Assembly (NCBI GenBank): GCA_963728565.1
Contig: CAVSLC010000019.1
Span: forward strand, 32,001 to 96,000
Direction: 5' to 3'
Source: an uncultured delta proteobacterium
GTDB taxonomy: Bacteria > Desulfobacterota > Binatia > UBA9968
DNA: 64,000 bases
Part shown: one piece after another, positions 9,419 to 20,369 of the stretch
How the letters are laid out: each line of letters begins with the position of its first letter
Numbering within the stretch: the first letter of the stretch is position 1
Notes under the pieces: model-generated
Database searches by the model: none
Seen by the model: the letters and a program-made list of their open reading frames with translations, nothing else
Told to the model about the DNA's origin: nothing
Position numbers and translations under genes: made by a program

Positions 9419-10315
9419 ATGAAAGCAACGACTAAGCTTAGAGAATTGCTGAAGAGCGATGACATTGTCATCACACCCGGCGTTTATGATTGCCTAACGG
9501 CGCGGCTCGCGGAAACGACGGGTTTTACCGCAGTTAAACTCTTGGGCAATGTCACCTGCGCCAGCCTGCTCGGGCTTCCCGATCTGGGTCTTATCGGACT
9601 GAACGAGATGGCCAATCATGCCAGGAACGTGGCCGCTGCCGTCGATATTCCAGTGATGGTTGACGCCGACACGGGCTATTCGGGGGGGCCGCTTGGAATC
9701 GCCCGGACGATCAAGGAATTCGAGCGCGCCGGTATCGCCGGCATCGGCATGGAAGATCAGGTGACGCCGAAAAAGTGCGCTCTGATCCCGGGAGGAACTC
9801 CGGTTGTGCCGATCAAAGAGCAAGTGAAGAAGCTCCAGGCGGCAGTCGAAGCCAAGGAGGATCCGGATTTTGTCATCAGCGCCCGGACCGATGCGGAGTC
9901 TGTGAATGGGTTGGATGATGCGTTGAATCGGATAAAGGCCTACGAGGAAGTCGGCATCGACATGGTCGGCGTTGCCATGTCCTGGGTCCGAAAGGAAGGC
10001 ATGCGCCAACGGACCCTCGACGCGTTGAAGCGCATTCGCGATGCGGTGAAGGTGCCGGTGAATTGCATGTTCATGGACGAAGCCATTCAGGTCGGTAACA
10101 TTACGTTGGACGAGCTTAAACAGATCGGTTTCAATATGGGTGGGAGTAACGCGGTGCGCTACACAGTGGTCAAGGCAGTCACGGAGATGCTGACAATTCT
10201 AAAAAACGAGGGTTCGACGAAGAACTATGCGCACAGACTGGCTTCTCTCAAGGACTATGAGGCCTTGGTCCGCTTGCCGGAGTTTTTGGAAATGGAACTG
10301 CGTTATTCCGTCTAA
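9419..10315 (+). CDS. Isocitrate lyase/PEP mutase family C-C lyase
   Basis: PGVYD, LGLPDLG, VDADTGY, EDQVTPKKC, ARTDA. Confidence 0.85.
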   Translation: MKATTKLRELLKSDDIVITPGVYDCLTARLAETTGFTAVKLLGNVTCASLLGLPDLGLIGLNEMANHARNVAAAVDIPVMVDADTGYSGGPLGIARTIKEFERAGIAGIGMEDQVTPKKCALIPGGTPVVPIKEQVKKLQAAVEAKEDPDFVISARTDAESVNGLDDALNRIKAYEEVGIDMVGVAMSWVRKEGMRQRTLDALKRIRDAVKVPVNCMFMDEAIQVGNITLDELKQIGFNMGGSNAVRYTVVKAVTEMLTILKNEGSTKNYAHRLASLKDYEALVRLPEFLEMELRYSV

Positions 10316-10400
10316 CGGAGTGCTCGGGAGAATTCAATCATCACAGCCGTTGGGATAACCGCAGCTCAATCACATGTCATTCGATTAAGCGCGGATTGCC

Positions 10401-10847
10401 TCATTGTCGTGGGCCGATACGGAGGCTGATGGTACCTACATAGATCTCGCGCAAGAACCATAGCAGCCCGAGAACGAATGTGGACATGGCTGCGATGAAA
10501 AGCAGGGCGACGACCACCGAAGCATCAAACTGCAAGAAGGCGCTTACGAACAGGAATGCGATTACTGCGCACACGAGCAACGCCGTCGTCGTGCAAAGAG
10601 CGATCGCCAAATAGATGAGCTTGGCACGCCGAGAAAGCATTCTGAGATCGGTTTGTAAAGTTGAGAAGAACTCCGGAGATGCATCGACTAACCGCTCCTC
10701 AAGATCGCGCGCGCGGTCGATGATGCGGCCTAATCGGCTGGTCATAACCGCTAGCATCGCGCCGATTCCTGAAAGAAGAAATACCGGCGCTACTGCTAGC
10801 TGAATCGCGTGCGCCACGGCAACGTCGGTGAACTCAAGCTCGATCAC
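10401..10847 (-). CDS. DUF2721 membrane protein
   Basis: IQLAVAPVFLLSG, RLGRIIDRAR, FLRE; three hydrophobic segments. Confidence 0.8.
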   Translation of the reverse strand: MIELEFTDVAVAHAIQLAVAPVFLLSGIGAMLAVMTSRLGRIIDRARDLEERLVDASPEFFSTLQTDLRMLSRRAKLIYLAIALCTTTALLVCAVIAFLFVSAFLQFDASVVVALLFIAAMSTFVLGLLWFLREIYVGTISLRIGPRQ

Positions 10848-10887
10848 ATTCCCCTACCTGCATCACCCTAGCACGGTCTAGGACGAT

Positions 10888-11871
10888 CTAGATCTTTACT
10901 TTAGTAAAAACCTTCAGAGGATTCTTCTGAAAAATTTTCAGCTTGTCTTCAGCAGTCAAGAATCCGAGGCTATGTATGACTGGGATCAAGTCGTCGGATG
11001 GCATGCCGGTTTCCGGACGAATAGCGCCGCCGGAGCCGGGAGATTCGGTGCCAAAAAGAATCTGATCAACACCGCGCTGCTTGATCGCGGCTTCGAGATA
11101 GTGAAGATCGTAGACACAGGAATCGTAGAAGAGATTCTTGCTGAAATCCCCCTGTCCGACGTGCTTGTCGGTTGGGATAAAACGGTTCAGGCCGCCACCG
11201 CAGTGACAGATGGTAATTTTTAATTTTGGAAAGATCTCAAAGACTTTGCCGTGGGTTAGTAACTGCATGGCGATGAATTCTTCCAGATAGTTGTTCATCT
11301 GATAGTTTGCCGGAATGATTTCCAGTCTCCGGTCGTAGGTTACCGACGGATGGATCATCAGCGGCACATCGAGCTCCACGGCTTTTTCGTATAACGGAAA
11401 CCAATACTCCTCGTGCACGCCCGGAGTTTGTTTGTCGCCCCCCGGATCAGGGTTTAAATATGCCCCGACAAAGCCTAATTCTTTCACGCAGCGCTCGAAT
11501 TCAGGCAAACAGTTGCGCGTGTCCTTGCTTGTCGAGCACTGTGGCAGCTGGGCCATGCCGCGAAACCGGTCGGGGTGGAGCCTGACGATACGCGCAATCA
11601 CATTGTTGGTGGTTTGTGCCCAGAATTCCTGTAGGAACGGGCGCATCCAGTGCCACATGGCTATCGGTCTCGGTCCAATGAGCTGAACGTCGACATTGCG
11701 ATCATCCATGAATTTGAGATGACGCTGTTGCGCGTTCTCCAACTGTTCGTCGGTAACCTCCAATTTTCGTCCCGGCGTGTTTTGGGAGACAATCTCCGCC
11801 AGAAATTGGCGAAACCCTGCCGGGGTGGTCATGTGACCGTGAACATCGACGACGGTTTGTCCGTTGTACAT
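10888..11871 (-). CDS. Amidohydrolase_2 family (LigJ/ACMSD-like) enzyme
   Basis: VDVHGH, LMIHP, ICHCGG, ILFGTE. Confidence 0.85.
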   Translation of the reverse strand: MYNGQTVVDVHGHMTTPAGFRQFLAEIVSQNTPGRKLEVTDEQLENAQQRHLKFMDDRNVDVQLIGPRPIAMWHWMRPFLQEFWAQTTNNVIARIVRLHPDRFRGMAQLPQCSTSKDTRNCLPEFERCVKELGFVGAYLNPDPGGDKQTPGVHEEYWFPLYEKAVELDVPLMIHPSVTYDRRLEIIPANYQMNNYLEEFIAMQLLTHGKVFEIFPKLKITICHCGGGLNRFIPTDKHVGQGDFSKNLFYDSCVYDLHYLEAAIKQRGVDQILFGTESPGSGGAIRPETGMPSDDLIPVIHSLGFLTAEDKLKIFQKNPLKVFTKVKI

Positions 11872-12120
11872 TAGAACTCCTCAGAATCGGTCAGTGTTCT
11901 CTTACATAACAGAGCCGAACCCGCCTCTGTCAAGCGACGCAGATTGCGGCTTCAGGGGAGAGGCTGCTATAGCGGGGTGAACTCGCCGAGACTGAGGTTG
12001 ATGGAAAAAATCTTCCAGGGGGAGCTTGCCGCACGGTAACCGGAAATGCAGTGCAGTTAGGAAAGTGGCGAGAGAGAAGGCGCCACTCTCGCGCTTTCGG
12101 CGCCTCTAGCCAGAAAGATA

Positions 12121-12567
12121 CTATTGTCGGACGGTGAGCACGGGGCAGGTCGCCGTCGATACGACTCGACCGGCGACGCTCCCCATGAATAGTTTGGACA
12201 GCCCAGTGCGACCATGCGTGCCGATCACGATGATGTCGACTTTTTTGCTTTTAGCGGCTTTGATGATCTGGTCATGCGGCGATCCTCTTAGCAGCAGGCT
12301 CTTGGCTTTGATTTTCGCCTTTTCCAGTGTTGTCATGAGCCGCTTCATCGAACTCTCGGCCTGCTGCTTGGCGCTCTCTTCCAGCTTCATATAGAGCTCG
12401 GCGCCGACGAATTCTTGTTCGGTAAGGTAAGCGGTGGTCGGCGCAATCACATGAACCACCCAGAGCTCCGCGTCGTAATCTTTAGCAAGCTCGACAGCTT
12501 TCTCTCTCGCGCGCCCTGATGCTTTGGAGTAATCCGTTGCGTATAAAATCCGGCGGATGCCTGTCAC
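12121..12567 (-). CDS. Universal stress protein
   Basis: ILYATDYS, IVIGTHGRTG, GSVAGRVV..CPVLTV; GTG start after GGAG. Confidence 0.9.
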   Translation of the reverse strand: MTGIRRILYATDYSKASGRAREKAVELAKDYDAELWVVHVIAPTTAYLTEQEFVGAELYMKLEESAKQQAESSMKRLMTTLEKAKIKAKSLLLRGSPHDQIIKAAKSKKVDIIVIGTHGRTGLSKLFMGSVAGRVVSTATCPVLTVRQ

Positions 12568-12592
12568 GATGTTTTCTCCCTTGGATGTTCGT

Positions 12593-13696
12593 TTAAGCTG
12601 ATGCTCCAACCGCTTGCGTCGCCAGCGCCGCTTTGGCGATGCCGGTCGGCACCTTCGACATGTCGAGGTTGTATAACTTACAGACATTGGTTGCTAGAAC
12701 TTTGGTTTGAACTTCCACCGGCAGGTGCCCAAGATCGCGTTGAATAATCTTCAGCGAGTTAGGCCAAGTTGAATTAGGATGGGGGAAGTCGTTGGACCAC
12801 ATGATATTATCCTGGCCCCACCACTGCAGATTGTGGCCGCACACCGAATCGTTGAAGAAGCAGGAATAGATCTGCTTGCGAAAGTACTCGCTGGGATCCT
12901 TGCTGAATGGCGGGGGATTAGCATTGCGGAAGCGGCGGTAATAGTAATCCCATTGCTGGGTGATCCAGGGCAACCAACCCGCTTCGTTCTCGACGGAAAC
13001 AATCTTGAGCCTGGGATAGCGCTCCAGCACGCCATAGAAAATCAGCTCGAAAAGCGCGTTGGCGATGTCCATCAGCTTCAAATTGACGCTGCCGCGGTAA
13101 CGCTCGACACCGTTGCGGCTCTTGTCTTTGTTGTAGCTGTGGCCCGTCAGGATGTGCAGGCTGACCGGCGACTCGAGATCCTGAGCGGCAGCCCAAAATT
13201 TATCATAATGGCTGGAATGGAACGGCAGATCGGGATGGGGCGCTTGCCAGATGATCGCCCCTTTCAGCCCCGCCTTGCGGCAACGTTCGAGCTCTTTAAT
13301 GCCATTGTCGATGTTATAGACAGGGATGGCCGGGATGCCGATCAATCGGTTGGTATCGACGCTGCAATAATCGATCAGCCAATCGTTGTACACGCGAAAA
13401 CACGCTTCCTGCATGCCCGGATCGTCTAGCGCGAACAGATCCAACATCAGCGTCGGATACAGCACTTCGCCGCTGAGACCGTCCTTTTCCATCTCTTGAA
13501 TTCTTGCGTGCGGGTCCCAACCGCCGGCATGTTGTTGAAAGCCCTCGCCGACTTTGTGCGGCGGAAAGACCGGAGCCTCAGCGCGGTATTTTTCCGGGAC
13601 TCCCTTTTTCCAAAGATCCACCGGCTCCATGACATGGGAGTCGGATGAGATGATGACGCCACTGATACCTTGACCGTGACCGTTTCCTATAGCCAT
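12593..13696 (-). CDS. Amidohydrolase_2 family protein
   Basis: ISSDSHVMEP, SLHI, MWSNDFPH. Confidence 0.85.
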   Translation of the reverse strand: MAIGNGHGQGISGVIISSDSHVMEPVDLWKKGVPEKYRAEAPVFPPHKVGEGFQQHAGGWDPHARIQEMEKDGLSGEVLYPTLMLDLFALDDPGMQEACFRVYNDWLIDYCSVDTNRLIGIPAIPVYNIDNGIKELERCRKAGLKGAIIWQAPHPDLPFHSSHYDKFWAAAQDLESPVSLHILTGHSYNKDKSRNGVERYRGSVNLKLMDIANALFELIFYGVLERYPRLKIVSVENEAGWLPWITQQWDYYYRRFRNANPPPFSKDPSEYFRKQIYSCFFNDSVCGHNLQWWGQDNIMWSNDFPHPNSTWPNSLKIIQRDLGHLPVEVQTKVLATNVCKLYNLDMSKVPTGIAKAALATQAVGASA

Positions 13697-13774
13697 TATC
13701 TGAGTCCTCCTTAAGGAAACGTTGCCGATTGCTCTCTATAATCGACCGAACTTATTCGATAAGCCGATAACATG

Positions 13775-14446
13775 TCAATTCGAATTGATGCGATGACCAG
13801 CCGGCTCGACCGTCTTGCGCCACAGTGAGGCCAGCCATGGCTGCTCCGCTCGGGGCACTCCCGGCGGCCGATAGTAATGAGTGATCTCGATGAATTTGGC
13901 TGCATTCATGAATTTACGCCATTGTTCGAGATCGTAATAGGCCCCATAGCGTTTGCCATTCCAGCCTTCCTGATTATCACCCCGTGGATTGGAGCTGAAG
14001 AGCACGCCCTGCGGTTTCAACGTCTGCCACAGCTCCTTCAGAATGCGTGGCAATTCCTGACTGGGGATATGAAAGAGCGAGGCATTGGCGAAAATACCGT
14101 CGAAAAAACTTTCCGGCAGCTCCAGTCTTAAAAAATCCTGGCGCCAGACTTCACAACCGCTGAAGCCGCGGGCAATTTGGACAAAGCGTTCGGCGCCATC
14201 GAGGCCGATTACTTCATGTCCCATGTCTTTGAAGGCTTTTAAGTCGCGGCCCGGACCGCAGCCGAAGTCGAGAATGCGAAAAGGACCTGTACCCGGTATA
14301 TGCTCGAGCAACGCGGCGCGGTTTTGTGTGACGTCATGATCGCGCGTGCCTTCCCAGAAACTATCCGCGTGCCGATTGTAGTGATCGAGAGTGATGGTTG
14401 ATGTCTTGGTGAGTTCGTCCTCTGTTAGGGCGTCCTTACGGGTCAT
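13775..14446 (-). CDS. Class I SAM-dependent methyltransferase
   Basis: ILDFGCGPGRD, FDGIFANASLFH. Start uncertain. Confidence 0.85.
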   Translation of the reverse strand: MTRKDALTEDELTKTSTITLDHYNRHADSFWEGTRDHDVTQNRAALLEHIPGTGPFRILDFGCGPGRDLKAFKDMGHEVIGLDGAERFVQIARGFSGCEVWRQDFLRLELPESFFDGIFANASLFHIPSQELPRILKELWQTLKPQGVLFSSNPRGDNQEGWNGKRYGAYYDLEQWRKFMNAAKFIEITHYYRPPGVPRAEQPWLASLWRKTVEPAGHRINSN

Positions 14447-14689
14447 GTTCGCTCCGAACGCCATCATGGCAACAGGCGAGACGACATTCAAGCACGGCAT
14501 AAACAGCGCCGAACTATAAGACATCACGGGTTAAAGCCGTTCCAGTCGTTCAAGTCGCGGGAAGGCAGATCTCATCGCCGCGATCTATTGAGCAGGCTGC
14601 GCAGCGAAGTAGCAATTTATTCTGATACCTCAGCTGTTCTCGGCGTAGATGGTTTGAACGATTGACGGGCTGGAAGGAGCTCGAACTCT

Positions 14690-15683
14690 TTATTTCGGAA
14701 GAACTTCCGGATTCAACAGCTTTACCGGACGGCCGTCGAGATAATCGAGTATGTTGGCCATCGCTTGTTGATAGCGCTCGCTGAGAACCTCGACAGTGGC
14801 GTAGCCGCGATGCGACAGCAAGACAGCATCGTCGAATCGGCGTAAAGGATGATCCATCGGCAGGGGTTCAACGTCAAAGACGTCAAGCCCAACACCGCCG
14901 AGTTGGCCGCTTTCGAGTGCTCTGATCATGGCCGGTTCCGAAACGATCGGTCCCCGTGCCGTGTTCACTAGGAAAGCGCCGCGCTTCATCATGGCAAATT
15001 CCTTGATCGCCAATGATGCCTCGGGTCTGCGCGTTCGAATTGATGTGGATGGTGATGATGTCAGACTCTCGAATCAGAGTGTCCATGCCGACACACTCGG
15101 CGCCTACTTCCGCCGCTCTTTCCGGCGTGAGAGTTCGAGAGTAGCCTAAAACCCGAGTATTAAGAATTTTCATAACCCGCGCCACTTCTTTGCCGATTCT
15201 GCCGAAGCCAAATACGCCGACAGTTTTGCCCTCCAGCGTCCGACCCGGAATCGGGGGCCAACTCTCGATGCGCATGCGCCGGTCGACCTGCGGGATTTTG
15301 CGCATCAATGATAAGATCAGTCCGATGGTTAGCTCTTTGGTGGTGGCGCCGGTGTCGGTTGAAGTGCCGGTCACGGCGATGCCGTGGCGGGTGGCCGAGG
15401 GCAGATCGAGATGCACGGTGGTGCGTCCGGTCTGTGAGATAAATCTTAAATTGGGTAGTTGGCGGTATTCATTGCCTGTGAACGAGGTTCGCTCGCGCAT
15501 CAGCAGGATTATGTCGAAAGGCAGCAAGGTTTGAACAACCTTCTCGGAAGTGTCTAACCTTTCTCGTAACAGCATGATGTCGGCGCGGGCTTTCAGTTTC
15601 TCAAAGCCGGGAACAGTGTCAGCGACTTTTTCAAAATCATCGAGTATAGCAATACGAGCGCGCTTAGTCTCAGATTTACTCAT
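14690..15683 (-). CDS. D-2-hydroxyacid dehydrogenase family, apparent frameshift near 15005
   Basis: GFGRIG Rossmann motif in the upstream part; VNTARG and DVFDVEPL in the downstream frame. Removing one base joins them (GIIGD-KEFAMMKRG). Confidence 0.85.
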
Positions 15684-15752
15684 GGAAACTCCCAACGCGA
15701 CTGCTTGATAAACGGGATCTCGAAAGTTGATTTAACAAAGGACTTTCCGATC

Positions 15753-16437
15753 TCATTCTGTAGTCGCCGTCACTTCGACCTCGCATAGTTTTCCGATCGA
15801 GGAGTAGCCGTCGACAAAGCAGTATTCCCGTTGAGCTGTCGGCGCTTTGATGCGGTCATCGAATAGCCGGTTCAAGTTATCGATCGTTTGGCTTCGGTGC
15901 AGATAAAAGGAAATCCGCGCAACTCTCTCCCAGGAACTGCCGCTGTCTTTCAAAGAAGCGGTAATACGCGGCAGGATATTGTCAAACTGTTGTTCGAGCG
16001 TGGGCAGGACAGTCGTTACTCCGGAAAGCACCACCACCGAATCATAAACCAGGAACCGAATCGGCACGATAGGCGGATCGTATTCGACGATGCGCTTTCG
16101 CATGTCTTGCCTGGACGGTTTCATCGCCAGTAGGTCCACCGCAATCTTTGCATCAGAATCAAAATAATCGGGAGCGATATAGCTCGAGCTTGCCGAGCGT
16201 GCTTTGCCGGAAAGCACTTTGACCCGCTCGTCGCTTCCTAGATCGCGGCTTTCACGGTCGCGCCCCCACAGCCGAGTACGCACGGTGTTGTCTAATGACA
16301 GCTCATGTAGCCTTGAGCTCCTGATCGAAACGCCGGAACAGTTCCCGGGCCTCGCTGGTCGCGCTTGCCGCAGATTGGGCTTCGCCCGACAGCTCGATAA
16401 AATCTTTGCCAAGCCAGGAAAAAAATCTTTTGCGCAT
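15753..16437 (-). CDS. Tandem RidA/YjgF-like protein, apparent frameshift near 16308
   Basis: MRKRFFSWLG...FIELSGE joins LSLDNTVRTRLW; second domain LSGVT...GSSWERV...CEVEVTA. Confidence 0.65.
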
Positions 16438-16705
16438 GGCTGACCTCCTTTCATTCGGAACAATGCGCTGACCCCACGCTATATCAGCCAATGCACAGAG
16501 TTGTGAAGAGGCACCTCTGCCGAATCGTGAAGATTCGATGAACCGGGAGGACGACAGCAAGGGATCGTCAACAAAGGGCGCTGGAGATTTCCGGAGCAGG
16601 TAAAGACACTTTCAGCGTCCGATTGAAAACTGCGATCAGGTTGGCTAAGCGATCGTCCGGAGCTGCATTTTTCTCAGCTATGGGGATTGCTCGAAAATCC
16701 AGCGG

Positions 16706-18260
16706 TTACCCGGGACTACAACAAAACGCTTTAGCTGATTTGGGCGCTTGCATCTCCGTAGCTTCCCAAATAGCACGGAGGTCAGCGGAGTAGGGATAGC
16801 GGATACCATTCTCTTCGAGGATCTTGCCGGTAGCTTCGATAAGATCGGATCGATTAAATACCATTGTTTCATGGGTGAGCACGCCGGCGCTGGCGAATTT
16901 GAAACTGATTTGCTGGTCCCGCGAATCACGCAGTATCTCCACCAAGTGTCGCAAATTCTTCACGCGGATATTATTGACTTCGGTAAGCACGCCTCGATTG
17001 GGGTCATCATAGCCTTGAGTGATTCGATGAGGAAACAGGGGAGAGGCAACCATGACGAGCTCTTCATCATCAAACGCCGGTCGATCGTAACGCCGGGTGA
17101 CCAGCGGGCTGGCGGCCCGTCCGAAACTGCCAGCCGAAGAGGAGCGTTGGTTACCAAGCCGTTCAAGATAGTCTTGTGTAGTCTGGGAGAATACAAATGG
17201 GCCAAAGATGAAGTAGCGGGGATTCGAATTCAAAAGGTAAGGAATGACCAGACTCGCGTCGTGTTTTAACGGGCAATTCAATCTGAGCCAACTTGCCGTC
17301 TCGATAGATCGTCAGTGGCAACATACCGTTTTTGGCGAATTTCTGCGCCAGATAAGAGGCTGACAACCGGAGATCATAGCGCACTGCCACTTTACCGTCG
17401 CTATCGACTGGGGTGCCGCCGATGTGCGTGATGACGTCCCACTCCTTCAAAGGGTAAGCATCGTCGTCCCGATACGGTTGTGCTACCATGACCCCGCTTA
17501 GCCCTTTAGGTAACCCGAGCCTCTGCCGGAGCGCTGCATTCTCTACTGTTTGTATTAGATCATGCGTTTGTGGTTTGCCGTCGTATACGCCGTCCTTCAC
17601 ATCGTCGAGGAATAGTTGAATCTCCTCCACTGGGATTAGATAGCCGATGTTCTGCGCGTTTTGAATCAAACTAAACACCAGGCCGACAAGTTTTCCGTCC
17701 GAGACCGCGGGTCCACCGCTGTTGCCGAAATTGAGCGCCGCATCGACCTGAATCCGTAGACCTGCCGCCTGATAGTAATAGTCGGTGTATTCGATGCGGG
17801 AAACAATTCCTTGGGTTACCGAAAGCTCTGTGCCGCCGGTCGGATATCCGTAAACGTTGATGTTGTCCTTGACGCGAGGTAGCTCTTTGGCAAAAGGAAG
17901 CGAACCACGCTTCTCAAAAAAAGCTTCATCGTCCAACTTCAATATGGCAAGGTCCATCGATGGGGTAATGGCATCAACCCGTGCCGGTAAATGCCGCGAC
18001 GATTGATTGGGCTGGACATAGATCTGGCTTGCATAGCGAACCACGTGGGCATTGGTGAGAATGCGGTTGCCGTCGATGACCACTCCCGAACCCTTAATCT
18101 GTTGCGGGGTATTTCGGCTCCAGGGACGCAACACATCGGGGGTGTGATGAACCGCGTGAATCTTGACGACCAAATCACGGATTTGGTCCTGCGCCCGCAA
18201 GTCGGACGCCCCTAGATTGACTAAAAGCAGCATCAGCAAAACAATGACGAGTCGGCCCAT
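16706..18260 (-). CDS. Trypsin-like HtrA/Deg serine protease with PDZ domains, apparent frameshift near 17252
   Basis: LTNAHVV, DLAIL and GNSGGP triad; signal peptide; PDZ-like part continues in ORF 16706..17281. Confidence 0.85.
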
Positions 18261-18646
18261 AATCTCTCCTGAATATTCGATTAAAATTCGGCATAGTATA
18301 CGCCAAAGGGGGGCTGAGTTAAACGATCTTTTCACCTTCACCTTCGACTCAATTCAGATGGTCTAGTACACCCAAACAAATTGTTTTGCCATGCCTGTTG
18401 AGCTGATCTCACTTGCAGGTGTCTCGTAAGGGCTGTTGACCGGCTACTGCCTGGATCGGGAAAAGCTCAATGGGAGGACCTCGCTCGATACCATTGCCGT
18501 AATCCGGCGGTATGATTGCGATCACACTCGGCAGGTAAGGTATTGCCCCGATCTTGACACGATCGAATTAGAGGAAGTATCCATAATTGGGCTTCGAACG
18601 TGTTTCCCATCCGCCAATTCGATTCAATTTAATTAAGGAGTCTGCC

Positions 18647-18955
18647 ATGTGGTATTTAGTTATGCGTCGTCCTGTAAAGCCACGCGAGGACTGGACAGTC
18701 AATCTCGACCAACACCTAGTCTGGATGAAGCAACAGCACGATAACGGCTCGATCCTTTTTTCAGGTCCGACACCTGATCGAAAGTTCGGCATCTATGTGA
18801 TCAGGGCCGCATCCAAAGCTCAAGCCGAGGAAATTGCCAGTACCGATCCGTATACGGCAGCGGGTTTTTGCGCCTACGAACTCTATGAATGGGACGTCCA
18901 TCAGATCATGGGCGTCGGACCATTCACCGCTGCGGAGCTACGCGCGTATCATTAG
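18647..18955 (+). CDS. YciI family protein
   Basis: HLVWM, SGP, AEEIASTDPY; AAGGAG RBS. Confidence 0.8.
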   Translation: MWYLVMRRPVKPREDWTVNLDQHLVWMKQQHDNGSILFSGPTPDRKFGIYVIRAASKAQAEEIASTDPYTAAGFCAYELYEWDVHQIMGVGPFTAAELRAYH

Positions 18956-19466
18956 GAACTTAGGCAACTTAGTGGAGTGCTGAACTTAGCCGTGCAAAAG
19001 TTTGCCCAAGCGCGGGATTGGGACCTTGATTCCAAGAACGTGCATGGCCCACCAGAGCGAGGCCGCGGTGCTCGATACGTCAGGTTTTTGCGTATCGTCT
19101 TCGAGCCCCTGAATGTACGCGACTGAGCGCCAACGTCCTTGGATCAGCAGACTGTCAATCGTTGAATGCTGCCATTTGTAAGCACATCCGAAGAACCACT
19201 GGTAACGTCAACGAGTGATCGTTGACGTTGCATTCTTATGGCATCTTCTGGCAGGAAGCTCTACTTGAGATATAATAAAGAATGTGGAGGTTCGAACAGG
19301 ATCTCCAATTGGGGTTAATCCTGGCCGCGGTAGGGGCGGTTTGGTTGTTTGTGGTGTCACAATTCTACTGTCGTGATAATTGGGTAGTAGCTTGACGCAT
19401 CGGCCCGATCAGGCCGATGCGTTGCTGTTCTTATATACGAATATACGAACTCAGTGGAAGTTCTAG

Positions 19467-20366
19467 ATGGATGACCTTGTCGAGCGAATATTAAGTGGGC
19501 AGAACCAAGACGGAGGCTGGGGATTTTTGCCAGGCAAGAGCAGTAACACGGAATGTACATCCCTTTGCTTACTGGCTTTGGAGAGTCTCGGAGCGAAGCA
19601 GCCGGTGGCAAGCACAAAACGGGGCTTGGACTGGCTCCTTCAACGTCAACGCGCGGATGGCAGCTGGCCACTCAGTGATTCTACAAAAGAGGCTTCTTGG
19701 ACGACTGCTCTGGCGATCATAGCGCTAAACCGATTCCGGGAATATCAGCTAAAAACGAGGATGGCGTCTGATTGGCTGTTGAAACAGGAGGGTAGGACCC
19801 CAGGCCTACTGGCTCGGCTGATTGGGGCATTCGTATCTCATAGTAATACCGTTGCTTTGAATCCGGATCTGAAAGGGTGGGCTTGGCTTCCGCGAACATT
19901 TAGTTGGGTTGAGCCGACCAGCTACGCTCTTGTTGCCTTGAAGCAAGTACGAACCCATGTTGCCGCCAAGAATCTAGAGGAACGAATTCAGCAAGGCGAG
20001 ATGATGATTTATGATCGTATGTGCAGTGGCGGAGGCTGGAACTATGGCAACTCGAAGGTTTTTGGCGATGCGCTGTGGCCTTATCCTGACGTGACGGCGG
20101 TGGCATTGATTGCCTTGCAAGACCACCAACTCAATCAAGCTAATCAGGAAAGTCTCAGTGCGCTGCGAAAGATGATGCAAGAAACCGATTCCGGATTAGC
20201 GTTATGTTGGGGTACTATCTGCTTGTCCATATATGGCGACGAGACATCCGGATGGAAGCGACAAATCGAAAAACGGTTTCAAGCGACGGGCTTTCTCGGC
20301 GAAACCAAGACACTTGCATTAGCCCTTGTTGCCTCGGTCGATCATGTCAAAGCTTTTAGATTGTAG
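19467..20366 (+). CDS. Prenyltransferase/squalene-oxidase repeat protein
   Basis: QNQDGGWG, QRADGSW and GGGWNYGN repeats; WVEPT. Confidence 0.75.
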   Translation: MDDLVERILSGQNQDGGWGFLPGKSSNTECTSLCLLALESLGAKQPVASTKRGLDWLLQRQRADGSWPLSDSTKEASWTTALAIIALNRFREYQLKTRMASDWLLKQEGRTPGLLARLIGAFVSHSNTVALNPDLKGWAWLPRTFSWVEPTSYALVALKQVRTHVAAKNLEERIQQGEMMIYDRMCSGGGWNYGNSKVFGDALWPYPDVTAVALIALQDHQLNQANQESLSALRKMMQETDSGLALCWGTICLSIYGDETSGWKRQIEKRFQATGFLGETKTLALALVASVDHVKAFRL

Positions 20367-20369
20367 ACC

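Noticed and set aside
14690-17281. Programmed frameshifting at the split genes
   Set aside because: No slippery heptamers seen; simple one-base insertions explain the breaks.
19239-19255. TGGCATCTTCTGGCA as a sigma54 promoter
   Set aside because: GG-to-GC spacing is off by one and the TTGC element is absent.
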